Source of the DNA: Camelus ferus | Lineage: Eukaryota | Length of the DNA stretch: 64,000 nucleotides | Direction of reading: 5' to 3' | Assembly (NCBI RefSeq): GCF_009834535.1 | Contig: NC_045696.1 | Location: 97,342,001 to 97,406,000, forward strand | In this document: positions 40,576 through 53,126 of the stretch, in pieces | How the letters are laid out: each line of letters starts with the position of its first letter | Position numbering within the stretch: position 1 is the stretch's first letter | Position numbers and translations under genes: made by a program | Notes under the pieces: model-generated | Databases searched by the model: none | The model's input: only the letters and a program-made list of their open reading frames with translations | What the model was told of the DNA's origin: nothing

Positions 40576-42414
40576 CAAATCTGCACACTATGACCTTCAT
40601 CTTCTATGTTCTCCTCATCAACGTAAAGTATCATCATCAGCTCCTCATCAACACAGGCAGAGTACCAGATTACAAAACACTGTATACAGTGATAATGGTA
40701 AATCTAGCCCAAAGGGTATTTTGCTGAAGACAAGATCTGCCACTGATAGGAACACTCAGGAAATCCGATGCTAGGCTCCTTTATCAGAGGTAAATCCGAT
40801 ACGTCCGGTTTGAATTTTTAGTAATCACTATTTTCCCCTCTACATGTTAAGGCAGCTCTTAAAAGTATAGAAACAAGAAATCTAGAAAAGATTGATCCTT
40901 CTAAGACTGGCCTTCAATATATAACTGAATTATTCCAATGATATTGATAATAAACAGAGTCTAGCAAGAGATCTTGCTAGCATTACAAACCCCCATGTAA
41001 AATCTTGCCTATGCAATAATGATGCTTTAGTAGTTGGTTATTCATTTCAAAAAGGTAAAAACAGAGGCCTATTTTACACTGTAAAATAAAATAATTCTGG
41101 GTAGATTAAAGACTTTCTGATCATGGAATTGGGGTGGGGGCATGGGAAAAATTTATAAATTTTGGATTACTTAAGACACAGAAAATGCCAAACATCAAAA
41201 AAGATATCTATATTAAAATTTAAAATTAAGCATAATTTTAAAAGGCAATTTAAAGTTAAAAAGCCAAAATAAGAAAATATTTATAGGGCAATATAACTGA
41301 AGGATTAGTGTCTAGATTCCTACAAAACAGTATTTTAAAAACTAACAAACCAATACAAAAATAGATTTTAAAAGACAATTCAAACCAGAATAAACCTGCT
41401 TGACCAATAACCCCATAAAAAGATGCTTGATCTCACTAATAATCCAGGAAATATCCAGTAAAAGCAACAAAATACCACTTTATATCTATTAGGTTGGCCA
41501 ACATTTAATTCTGACAAGAACAAGTCTTGGTAAGGATGTAGCAAAAAAGCAACACTTTCAATTAAGTTTCCTTCAGTGAGAGAGGGAAGGGAATGGGGGC
41601 TACAATACAAAACCTAGAAGTTAAAGACTTTCTGAAAAATGTCTACCAGGGATTCTCAGTAACAAACTCTTTGTGAGTGTCTAACTCTGGATAACGACCA
41701 CACAATACCATATTTCATTGGCAGATCTCTTGTAAGGTATTCAGATTTCAGGGAACATATTGATGTCATACATCTTTCCTTTTGTTCTGAGGCACAGCCA
41801 CAGGGTCTCCACCAAAAGGTGGGGGGGGAGATTTCTGGAGAAGATATCTGACAAAACAGCCAATTAAAATCTATAACTAAAAACAAAGAGCTTCCCTTAG
41901 TTAAAAATATCAAGCCCTTTTAAAAAAAACTTTCACACATTAACATGCTATATTTTAATCCATGCAAGATTCACATTTTTCCATTACAGCTCAAAAAGCT
42001 AAAATTTTCTTTGGCTTTCTGATTTTCCCATACTCAAATATTTTTTAAATTGATGGAGGATAATAGGAAAAGCCTTTAAATACTATTAGCTTAATACTGG
42101 AGCATATGTAAATGGAATGTAAACACAGAATTCCAAATGATATGGGTTATACTATATATAACCGATCTCTTAGAAACAGTAGAATCCAGTGATACTATAA
42201 AATCTACAAAATTAAGAGCATATGTCTACAAAAGATATCCCAACTAAAAATCCAGGCAAAGTTTACAACTAAAATATTTCTCAGCTATGTCTTAATAACC
42301 ATATTATACTTTTTAATTAACTAGGTTATATTTTAACACATTCATTTAATTAGTTTCCTTGACATTACACTATAGTGAGCCATCCTCACTTCAAGTCTTC
42401 TTTGTAAACAATGA

Positions 42415-43033
42415 CAAAAAGCTTTTGCACAGCTAAGGATACCATCAACAAAACGAAAAGACAATCTACAGAATGGGAGAAAATATTTGCAAATGGTATG
42501 ACCAACAAGGGACTAATTTCCAAAATATACAAATAGCTCATACACCTTAATATCAAAAAAAACAAGCAACCCAATCAAAAATTGGGCAGAATACCTAAAT
42601 AGGCAACTCTCCAAAGAAGACATACAGATGGCCAACAAGCACATGAAAAGATGCTCAACATCACTAATTGCTGGAGAAATGCAAATCAAAACCACAATGA
42701 GGTATTACCTCACACCAGTCAGACTGGCCATCATTAAAAAGTCTTCAAACAATAAATGCTAGAAAAGATATGGAGAAAAAGGAACCCTCCTACACTGTGG
42801 GAATGTAAAGTGGTGCAGCCACTATGGAGGTCACTATGGAGGTTCCTTAAAAAACTAAAAATAGACTTACCATATGATCTAGCAATCCAACTCCTGGGTA
42901 TATATCTAGAGAAAACTGTAATTCAAAAAGACACATGCACCCCAATGTTCACAGCAGCACTATTTACAATAGTCAAGATATGGAAACTACCCAAATGTCC
43001 ATTGACAGATGACTGGATAAAGAAGATGTGTTT

Positions 43034-43079
<46 letters not shown>

Positions 43080-43506
43080 CGACTACTACTCAGCCATAAA
43101 AAAGAATAAGATAATGCCACTTGCAGCAACTTGGATGGAACTGGAGATTGTCATTCTAAGTGAAGAAAGCCAGAAAGAGAACGAAAAATGTCCTATGATA
43201 TCACTTATATGTGGAATCAAAAAAAAAAAAAAAAAAAGACACAAATGAACTTATCTACAAAACAGAAGCAGACTGACAGACATAGAGAACAAACTTACGG
43301 TTACCAGAAGTTAAAGGGGGAAGGAAGGGATATGTTGGGGATTTCAAAACTGCATCTCTTGGGGAGTGATGGAAATGTTAGCTATCTTGATTGTGGTAGT
43401 GGTTTCACAGTGTATACATGTATCAAAATGCATCAAAGTGTATATCTGAAATATGTGTAGTTTACTGTACAGAAACCATACCACAATAAAGGTATTTTTA
43501 AAAAAA
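42415..43506 (+). mobile_element. 5'-truncated L1 with a (CA)n microsatellite and an atypical 3' end
   Basis: The ORF at 42756-43109 contains [37 protein letters not shown] (ORF2p). It ends in aataaagg plus an A-tail. Confidence 0.93.
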
Positions 43507-44220
43507 TGAGTAGGCTAGCACTTGTGAATTCTGATTCTGGGCAATGGCAAGCCAGTCATGCAAATATAAAAGCCATCCATAAAGATTCAATAATTTGTTA
43601 GAATACGCCCTTTACTATCTCACTATATTTCATCTCTGGGGCTTGCCCTATGTTGTCACTGTGCAAAAGTAGGCAGATATTTAACATTATTTTTTCTCAG
43701 GCAGTGACAAAACAAATTTGTCAAAATACCTTTTAAATGTAAACTGAATTCACTTAACAATAACATAGTAATACAGGAGCACCAATAAGACTATGGTTGT
43801 ATCAGGAGTTAGTGGAACTCTTTAAAATCAGCTTACTAAGCAGAAAAGTTCTTTAGTGAAAAGGGATGGTCTTACTCCTTATGCTGAATGGAAGAAAGAT
43901 TGCCAGCTCAAAATTGCTAGTAATCTGAGAAATGCAAATTAAAACAAGATTAATATTTTTGCCCATCAGATAGGCAAAAGTTAGAAAAGAAATGGTATCC
44001 AGTGTTGGCAAGGGTGGAGGAATGGGTATTCCCATACACCACTAATGGGAATAAATTAGTACAGACTTTTGGAAAGGTAATTTAATTTTAATTTTAGATA
44101 TACATGCCCATAGATTCATCAGTTATACTTCCAAACATCTATCCTAGAGAAATAAGTGGACTTTGGATAGGAAATCAAAATATCTGTTAATAGAAAATGA
44201 CTAATAAATTATGGTCATTC

Positions 44221-44601
44221 TTCTAAGTGAAGTAAGCCAGAAAGAGAAAGAAAAATACCATATGAGATCGCTCATATGTGGAATCTTTAAAAAAAAAAAA
44301 AAAAACTAAGCATAAATACAAAACAGAAATAGACTCATAGACATAAAATACAAACTTGTGGTTGCCAAGGGGGCAGGGGGTGGGAAGAGATAGACTGGGA
44401 TTTCAAAATTGTAGAATAGATAAACAAGATTATACCGTACAGCACAGGGAAATATATACAAGATCTTGTGGTAACTCACAGAGAAAAAAATGTGACAATG
44501 AATATATCTATTTTTATGTATAACTGAAAAATTGTGCTCTACACTGGAATTTGACACAACATTGTAAAATGATTATAAATCAATAAAAAATGTTAAAAAA
44601 A
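44221..44601 (+). mobile_element. Young L1 3' UTR insertion with a perfect 19-bp TSD, inside an older L1ME-like fragment (about 43915-44720)
   Basis: TSD taataaattatggtcattc at 44202-44220 and 44602-44620. Confidence 0.93.
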
Positions 44602-44744
44602 TAATAAATTATGGTCATTCATATTACAAAACACCATGCAGTACCTAATAGAAACATGCTGGATCTATAGCTATAGCTGTGGAAAGATCTCTAAGACATA
44701 ATGCTAAGTGTGGGGAGCTGGGGAAGTCAAATTACGGAATACTA

Positions 44745-45237
44745 TAGTGGTTATCGTTCATTCACAATGCTCAAATTTTCTGCAACCACTCTCTCATACT
44801 ATGAATCACACCTTTCCAAAGTAGACTAAAACAACAAAAATAACAATAAAAACTACATTACCCAGACTCCCTCATAGCTAGGCATCTCACTAAAGTATAT
44901 GGCTAATAACTACATGGCCTAGAGTCTGTCAACCAGAAAACCCAGGTGTTAGAGCTGAAGAAACAGTCTGGCAAAGGGTATCTCTGATTAGCTTGGGTGG
45001 CAATAGAGGCAGACTGAGGTGAGTCCACGGAGGCTTCTGGATCAGAGACAAGGTGATGTGCTTTTCTCTAGGGGTCAGTGGCTGCACCAATCTTGCATCA
45101 AGCCAGCTCTCCAAGGGGCTTCTGGGTTTTATTCCTGAAATAGTTTGGAAGCTGCTTCTCCAGACTATGATACTCTGAATATCTTTATCCCTTCATAAAT
45201 CCCTTTCTGGGTAAGTTAGCTAGAATGGATTCCACTG
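44745..45237 (+). mobile_element. MLT1-like (MaLR) LTR
   Basis: actacattacccagactccctcatagctagg and ataaatccctttctg..gctagaatggattc resemble old MLT1 subfamilies. Confidence 0.6.
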
Positions 45238-45699
45238 TAAAAAATTAGAAAATGTTCATATATACAAATGGTAACCATTTATGAACTTTATGAGTTCATA
45301 AATTTATGAACTAAATAGCACTACATATTCAGAAAAGGGTCTGAGGGCCTGTAAGAGCACATAATACCCTAATGCTGAACTCTGAAGAGGGAAGTGGGAT
45401 TGATATGTACATGAGAGGAAGGGGTACAGGAAGGCTCTTCCTTTTTCCTCTGTATATTTCTTTTTTGTTTAAATATTTTTATAATAACAAATAGTTATAC
45501 AATGTAGGGAATTTTTTAATAATTTAGAATCTTAAAAAAATTAAAAACTGATACATCCCTCCCAGAGATGCCTGCCATCCTAATTAAGAATAATAGTTTT
45601 ATGGTACTTAAATAAGGAATTTTAAGAAAGGACAAACTGAAAACATTCTGTGGTACATACATACATACACAATTTCATGTATTCTAACTTACATAACAT

Positions 45700-46735
45700 A
45701 AAAACCTTGCATTATCTTGGAATAGGGAAGGACTTTCTAAGCATAACTCCAAAGGGAAAGATAACAATATTTAACTACATAAACAAAACTTCTGAAACCT
45801 TAAAGATGAAGGACAAATTGGAAAAAACAATCTGAAGCATATATGGCAAACAACAGACTGATATTTTCAATATATAAAGCATTCTTACAAATTAATATGA
45901 ATATCTTAATTTAAAAATGGGCAAAGAGCATTAGCAGGCAATACATGCACATTCACACACACACACACAAAATGGGCAAAAAACAGTAGGATGTTGAATC
46001 TCACTGAATTTGTTTATCAATTAACAAAATTTGGTAATATCTAGTACTGAAGAGAATGTGGAAAAAAGGACAGTCTCAGACACTAGATGAAATTCTAAAT
46101 TGTCACAAACTTTCAAAGGGTAGCCTGGAATATATAACATTTTAAACATGTGTTCTATAAACAAAGCAACTCTACTTTTGGAAATGTATCTTACACAAAT
46201 AAATAGAAAAATACACAAGAATGAAGACATTCGCTGAAGCACTGTTTATAATAGCAAAAACTGGACAACCTAAATATCTACTGTAAAAAAATTAAACAAT
46301 CTAATGTTCAAAAATCCACAGTATTTCATGATATTGCAAAACCATGCAGCCACTGTAAATAAAAATGCAGATCCTTACCTATTAGCATGAAAAGATATTC
46401 TTTTCATGAAATTCATGAAAATTTTATAATTAAGTAAAAGGCAGGTAATGAAGTAGCATGTTTCTATCAGTATTAAATACAAATTCATTGTATATGTGAA
46501 TATTTACATAAGTATATATGCATATATATATTATACATGCATATATACGCACATGTATATCTACAAACACATACGGCACATATTCTAGAAAACAGGTTTG
46601 AAATATTATATACCAAACATGACAGCTAGTTCAGAATAATACAATCATTTGGTGATTTTTCACTTTTTTCTTCATACTTTTTTGAACAGTCTGAACTCTT
46701 TACATATGACTATGTATATGTTTTATAATAAGTAA
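45700..46735 (+). mobile_element. Old L1ME-like 3' fragment directly downstream (in gene orientation) of exon 3
   Basis: Degraded L1 motifs: gggaaggactttctaagcata; aaaaatgggcaaaga; gcactgtttataatagcaaaaactgg. Confidence 0.7.
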
Positions 46736-46831
46736 TAGTAAGAAATAGTTTCATTTTTTAAACAATACAGAGCAATAAAAATTACCTTACTAAATACCCA
46801 TGCCTTTACCATATATTTCTATTTTTCTTAC

Positions 46832-46912
46832 CTTTAAACCTTCAGTTGGAAGTCTATAACCAAATCTTGCTGGAAGGTCATCAAATGTCTGAGATGCATT
46901 TTCAAAATTATA
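46832..46912 (-). CDS. RNF13: RNF13 exon 3, aa 39-65
   Basis: Acceptor ttttatatttag; 81 nt encode YNFENASQTFDDLPARFGYRLPTEGLK; donor aag|gtaaga; phase 0-0; NAS sequon at N43. Confidence 0.97.
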
Positions 46913-49394
46913 CTAAATATAAAATTAAAAACAAGTTACAACCAATGTACACATAACATTAAAATTAAAAACTTTATTAAATTATTTAAGTTGTCATGTC
47001 TGTAATTCTCATTTACTGTCACAGCTTATCACCATAAAATCAATTTTGTAAGTGCACATCCACTAAAGTAGAAAAGAATATATGCAATTTACTAGATATA
47101 CAACTGCTTAAATTGGATTCTGATTTCATATAATTATTATTAAACAACAGCAATAACTCTGTAATATTAAACCACATATTGTTTTTCTCAGTTTTTCCCC
47201 TCAGACAAATTCCCAAAGAATTTCTAGATAGATTGTTTTCCAGCAAGAGTTCCACTTAATTTTTTCCATATTACAAGGGTCTAATTTAATAGAGATTTAC
47301 AGGATTTCTGGCTCTACCTATGAAAGATGCCTTTTCCCCAGAGAAAGGAAGAACATCAAATCATATTTTTAAGGCACTGCCATTTTTAAAGTAATCTGAA
47401 CATTTTTATCTAGAGCTGAATAATGAAAGGACCAAATCCAGTGAAATACATACATATAGAGAGTTAAAGGTATTCAAATTCCAACAACTTTTCCTTCCTT
47501 ATATAGATTCCTATGCTACAATATTTATCAGTCCTTTACCAAAATAGAGCAAAACAAAACAAGAATCTGTTGTGCTTATAGAAGACAACAGTAATGATAA
47601 TTGTGAAATGAGGTTGCTGTATTATTTAAGATGCTATAGTCAATCTGCTTTATGGAAAACAAGAAAAACAAGTTAGATAGATGAAATTAAGAAAAGATAG
47701 TAAACAAGTAACTTCTGAAACACAAGAGAAATTTATATGATACATCAGAAGTTAAGATAGTTGTCCGTAAACTGTAAGCCAAATTCAGAAAAAATAGAAC
47801 ACCTTGGTTTGAATACAGATTAAAAGGATGGAACAAAGCAAGAGTGTTACATATAGAGAGCAAAAGATGGAAGAATCATGCAAACCTTAAATATTCACAA
47901 AGCATGAATTAGGTCACACATCCAGATTGATACCTATGTTGTCCCTAAATCAAACACCTACTGGTGATCCCCACTGCAGCCTCTTGTGTCATCTGCCAGA
48001 AACACGCAGATAAATAGCTCTGCAGGTTAACAGCAAATTACAGCTGTGTTCAAATGTAAATACCTCGAGTCTCTTCAACAGAGCAAGCAAACATTGGATC
48101 CAGACACCTTCCATCTGTCAAGTTCCTCTGTTCACTCTCAACTCAGGTCCCGGTAACCACATAGTTACCAGGGAAAGCTGATGGAGCATAGAGACTGCAC
48201 AAACTAATAACAGGTAACATAGGGTTCAGATAGTGTGGTTCTTGCATCCCACCTGCATCTTATCCTAAGCGTCTTAACATACCCATCTTTTACCTATGCT
48301 TCTTACCGTATGTTTGCAATTAATTCAATGCATTGTGTGATTCAAGCATCCGAATTTGATCACTGTACCTATCCATTCTGTTACCTCAGGATAACCAGCC
48401 TGGCAGTATACCTGGAGGCCAGCACTGCTTCAGAGTAATTTCCTACTTCAGAAATAATCACATTTACAGAATGCTCTACGGTTTACAAAGTGCTTTAAGA
48501 GTCATAAAATGCTTTTATGTGCATTACCACAATGTATCATTTAACCCCTTAATTAAAACATCTTTCTTTAATTGATTTAATTAATTTTCATCAGCTTTGT
48601 GTTGAACTTGAGAAAGTCATTTAACTCTTCCAAGGCCAAAGACACTACTATAAAATAAAGAAACTGATCTAGATCAACACAGACAAACCAAAAAATATAC
48701 ATATATAAAAGTGTACAGGCAGTACTTTTTTAAAATGTTCTTTTAAAATCAGGAAATGGAAAATCTACAACTGTACTAAAGTATTTTATCACTTCCTGAT
48801 AGTGAGGAGTTTCACTTTTTGGCTAGAATTTCAGAAATAAAATATCTAGCTTGAACTATAGTACCTTTAACACTGGGACTTGGAATAAGTTGTGTTATTG
48901 AGTGAGACTCATTTTGAAACTGCTTTGTCTTTCCCTAAGAAAACAATCATTACTTTGCTCATGTTGCCTCTTACAATCACATTGTTTTAAAACAAAACAT
49001 GTTCCTATCATATACAAGACAAACAGAAACATCTTTAGTACAAAAGTGGTTTACTTTTTCAATATGAGGGAGTTGCTATTCATGAAATTAAAGCATACTC
49101 ACTGTTAAAATTTTTAAAGTAGAAAATAAAATTACTCCTCTCTGGAATTTTACACTCAGTGATTACCATGTAACAGTTTTAATCTATTTATTTTGAAAAG
49201 GTCTTTTCTTTGACTGAAAATCTTACAGGCCAGAGAGAACAACTGATTCTTACAGCTGACTTAGGCAACACTTGGCTTTCAATTATAGAAATAAAGAAAT
49301 ATGAAAGAAAAAAAATGGTCTTTTCTTAACCAATTCTACTCTTTGACAGCAGCCTTAACAGAAGGTTTAATACAATTTAGAAAGTATAAATAGC

Positions 49395-49770
49395 TAACAA
49401 TTATGAACATTTATGACATCATTCTAAACACTTGATAGGTATTCACTTATTAAATCCTTACAACAACCCTATAAAGTCAGCCACTGTTATCATCATCCTC
49501 ATTTACAGATTGACCACAGAATGTTGAAAATAACTTAAGCTAGTAAATAAGAAGAACCAGGATTCTAACCCAGGCAGTCTGGCTCCAGAGCCCAGGCTCT
49601 TAACCCAGTGCTCTACACTGTCTCTTCTACAATTGCATTTTCATAAATAAACTGAGACTCAAGAGATGTTAGGTAACTGCCCAAGGTCATGGAGCTACAG
49701 AGTGGTAGAAATGGAATTCAATTCAGATTGTAATTCTCATTGTGGGAACTCTTAACTACCAAGCCATATA
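49395..49770 (-). mobile_element. Two adjacent MIR fragments
   Basis: ggattctaacccaggcagtctggctccagagccc; aaactgagactca..gtaactgcccaaggtca. Confidence 0.75.
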
Positions 49771-52535
49771 ATCCAATCCATTCACACTACCGACCACTGG
49801 GTGCCTCTCTCCTAACTCTGCCCACTGAACCCACAACCAACTACCAAGCAATGATATCTCTCTGACAAATCTCTACAACAGAATCAAAAGGTAGATTTGG
49901 AGTAAACCAATATTGGGTTGTTTGACTCTGAAACTAAATAAGATGGATATTACTTCTCAATAAGATCATGGCACAGCTCAACCCTAACAAATCGCTTGTA
50001 GTCTATGGACCTTGGAACATTCAACATTGTTCAGATTGTAATACCTCTGCCAATTCTAAAGTTCCATGTTTCTAGACAGAAACCTATATAATTAAAAACT
50101 TCACATTTCCTTTTGGGTCAAAGGAAAGAGAAACAATGAAATAAGAGGTGAAAAGAGAATAAACTGCTAACAGAAATAACAATAATCTAAAGTTCCAAGG
50201 AATAAATAATATTAAAAGAAAATATGAAAGAACTAAAATTCCAAAGAAAAACTATTAATCAGTTCAAATATTACTGAATTCCTACTGTGTAACCCTCACT
50301 AGGTACCAGAACCATCAAGTTTAGTAAGACACAGCCCTGCCTTCCAGGTACTCATGATCTAGAGATACTTACTGACTAGTCAGCAACACACTCAATAGTA
50401 GCATCTCCACAGCCTCTTAGAACTCACCAACTAGAGGACAAATATTGTTGTCAGGGAATTAATAGTTAAGTGGGGGAATGCAAGTGCCAAAAATACAATC
50501 ATCAGGCATACAAACAGTATGACTAAAACTGACTTTATCTTTTCAAAAGCAGCATCCTAATACCCATCTAAATGAAACTAGAATCAACCTGATGTCCAAT
50601 TTATTTAAATTTTATTACTACAAACTCAGATTTCAGGGGTATTCTTATTCAATTAAAAGGAGCTAATATTTTCTACCTCTTGACTCAGCCCCTTTGAATG
50701 ACTGTTACCACATCCAGTTCCTCTGCCTCAGTATTTAGTTCTCCTTTTTACCAGTTACATAACTTCACAACCCATCCCCCCACCAGCTCTCCCTGCATTC
50801 CTGTCAGCCTCTATCTTTAGCGTCAGCATAAAGACCAGATTTAAGCAGCTCCCATGCTAATAATTCCTTCGCTAGATGACATCACCACACATTCCATACC
50901 CACCTGCCTGAAGCACAAGGCACACTGCTGGTAAGAACTGACTGTTCTCTAACATTTTGTTTTACCTCTACATTAAATAATACAACTTGGGCAGTCTCAT
51001 ACACTGCTTGAGGGAGTGAGTGAAGGATGATGAGAATAATTATAATGAAGACAAAACAGATAAAACATTTACCATGTGTCAGATACCATTCTAAGCAGTT
51101 TTTATTTAATCATCACTACAATAATCCAGTTTATAAATTTTTAAAAAAGAGGCATTTATAGTGGGTAAGTAATTTGATCCACATCACACAGCTAGTTAAA
51201 TTCCTAGAGCTGCCCACTGAAACATTATTTAACTTATCACACAGCTGAACCATAGAATAACAGTTCACTTCAGGTAAAAAAGAAAGAAAGAAACAAGGAG
51301 TGGCAGGTGTTATAAACAACTGAGGGAAAGACAGAGAGAGAGAGAATGAAAGAAAGTAAAGGAGAAAAGAGACACAAGGAGAACTTCATTCCCTGATCAG
51401 TCCACAAATCCTCTACCTCATTTCAAAGTCAACCTAAGACTATTCCAAGGATTTGGGGGACCAATTTAGAGAAGAGATTTGAATAGCAATGGACTCAGTC
51501 CTTAAAGGTTCTACTTTCACTCCATCTCAAAAAGATCCAGACTATTCTATAAAAATCTAATTAACCAGTTCTTTACCAAAGAGAGTGACAGAGGGTAAGA
51601 AATCTCATAGGGATGGGATTTACTATGCCTTCAAAAAGTTATGGGATAGAACCCAGCCTGGCTCTCCCAAGTTCTACAATGACTCTAGAGCCTTCCACAA
51701 GTACTGCAGTATGCAGAAGCATGGCTAAGGACCACATTAAGCTTTGGTCAGCCACAATTCTGGCCCTTCTATTTCTCACCTAATATTATTAAGCAAATCG
51801 CCTACAAGCCACCCCCAAACCGAATAAATCCTTAGCAAAATAAAATACCTAGAGTATAGGCGTACACACATACACACACCACACACTTACAGATATAGTT
51901 AACTCTTCTTCTAACTTCACAGAAATGAGAAATAGGAAACATATACACTTCCCAGTGTAGAGGACAATAAGACAGTAGCCTAGAAAGGACTATAAGGTTT
52001 TGAAGAGCAACCTTCTTCTTTAAAAACTTTTCTATCCACCATCAAAGATAAGACCATTATGGTTCTCTTCTGACTCACTGACGTTAATTTTAGGTTGAAA
52101 TTTTCTATGGACTTATTGCACAATTTTTTAAAATATCACTGTCAAGTCATTACAGATATACTAATTACCAACAAAAACAGTAAGATTCTACATTAAACAC
52201 ACAGCATGCAGATACATACGTGCGTGAGCACTCAAGAGTACACACACACACTCAAGAGCAACAACATTTATCAGGAACTTATTGTACATGAGGTCTTAAG
52301 AATCAAGGCAATAAAAAAATGGGCAAGGTCTCCTACTTTCAAGTAACAACTATGTGTATATATGCCTCTATGTTTGTACATAAACACCTTATAAGATTCT
52401 ATTATTTTGTTATTGTATAACACCCATCATTTAAGACTTCTTTTAAAGCTTTTCTTTAAGGGATGTTTTTAGACATGAACAAATTTTACTGTTTAAATTT
52501 AAAATTAAATTAATTTAAATTTAAACTTTACTTAC

Positions 52536-52649
52536 AGCTAAAATGTCCGCTTCTACAGGCAGTAGGTTTAAGAATGCGAAGAGCTGGACAGTCAAGATGG
52601 TATAGACTTGTGTGGCCGACAGCATGAGCATCCCTATAGAGAGCAGCAT
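52536..52649 (-). CDS. RNF13: RNF13 first coding exon (exon 2), aa 1-38: signal peptide
   Basis: ATG at 52649-52647 in context aagATGc. The exon starts at 52665 after the acceptor ttgtctcccag, leaving 16 nt of UTR. 114 nt encode MLLSIGMLMLSATQVYTILTVQLFAFLNLLPVEADILA. Donor gct|gtaagt, phase 0. Confidence 0.97.
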
Positions 52650-53036
52650 CTTGATGCAGAATCACCTGGGAGACAAGCAGATAAGTAACAGTAAGTTCTG
52701 GTGCTTTGTCCCTGTAAATAAGATATTTGATATATTACTTCCTGTTGTCCAGAAATGTCTCTTTTAATTACAAACATGGATTAACACTAAAATGAAACTA
52801 GTATTTCAAAAGCATAAGAGTTTACACAGATTTGGACATTTAGGTAAACACCCAATGTTAGTCAGTACCTACATAACTCATGGTGACTAAGTTCTGTGTT
52901 TTAACCACAAAAGAAAGAGCCTCCCACAGTTTTCAGTTTGTCTATTAACTCAATTATGGGAAAAACTAGATTTTAATCAAAATAATAATTAAAAAACACA
53001 CAAGCACTTTTGAAATAATTTTTTTTTCACAATCTT

Positions 53037-53124
53037 GGGGGGAGTGGGTATAGTTCAGTGGTAAAGCACATGCTTAGCACACACAAGGTCCTGGGTTCAA
53101 TTCCCAGCACTTCTATTAAAAAAA
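53037..53124 (+). mobile_element. tRNA-derived SINE (Vic-1-like)
   Basis: ggggggagtgggtatagttcagtggtaaagcacatgcttagcacacacaaggtcctgggttcaattcccagcac..ttaaaaaaa; same family as the copies at 38731-38914 and 59598-59687. Confidence 0.88.
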
Positions 53125-53126
53125 GA

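Noticed and set aside
40611..40652. 12-bp direct repeat ctcctcatcaac flanking 18 nt
   Set aside because: It lies in low-complexity catc-rich context with no element hallmarks, and is probably local slippage.
40961..40980. Hairpin ctagcaaga-ga-tcttgctag as a terminator or structured RNA
   Set aside because: An isolated 9-bp stem is plausible by chance in 64 kb and has no supporting context.
53037..53124. tRNA gene (also 38830-38914 and 59598-59687)
   Set aside because: A/B boxes are present, but the three diverged copies have G-rich leaders and A-tails, and two have TSDs. They are SINEs.
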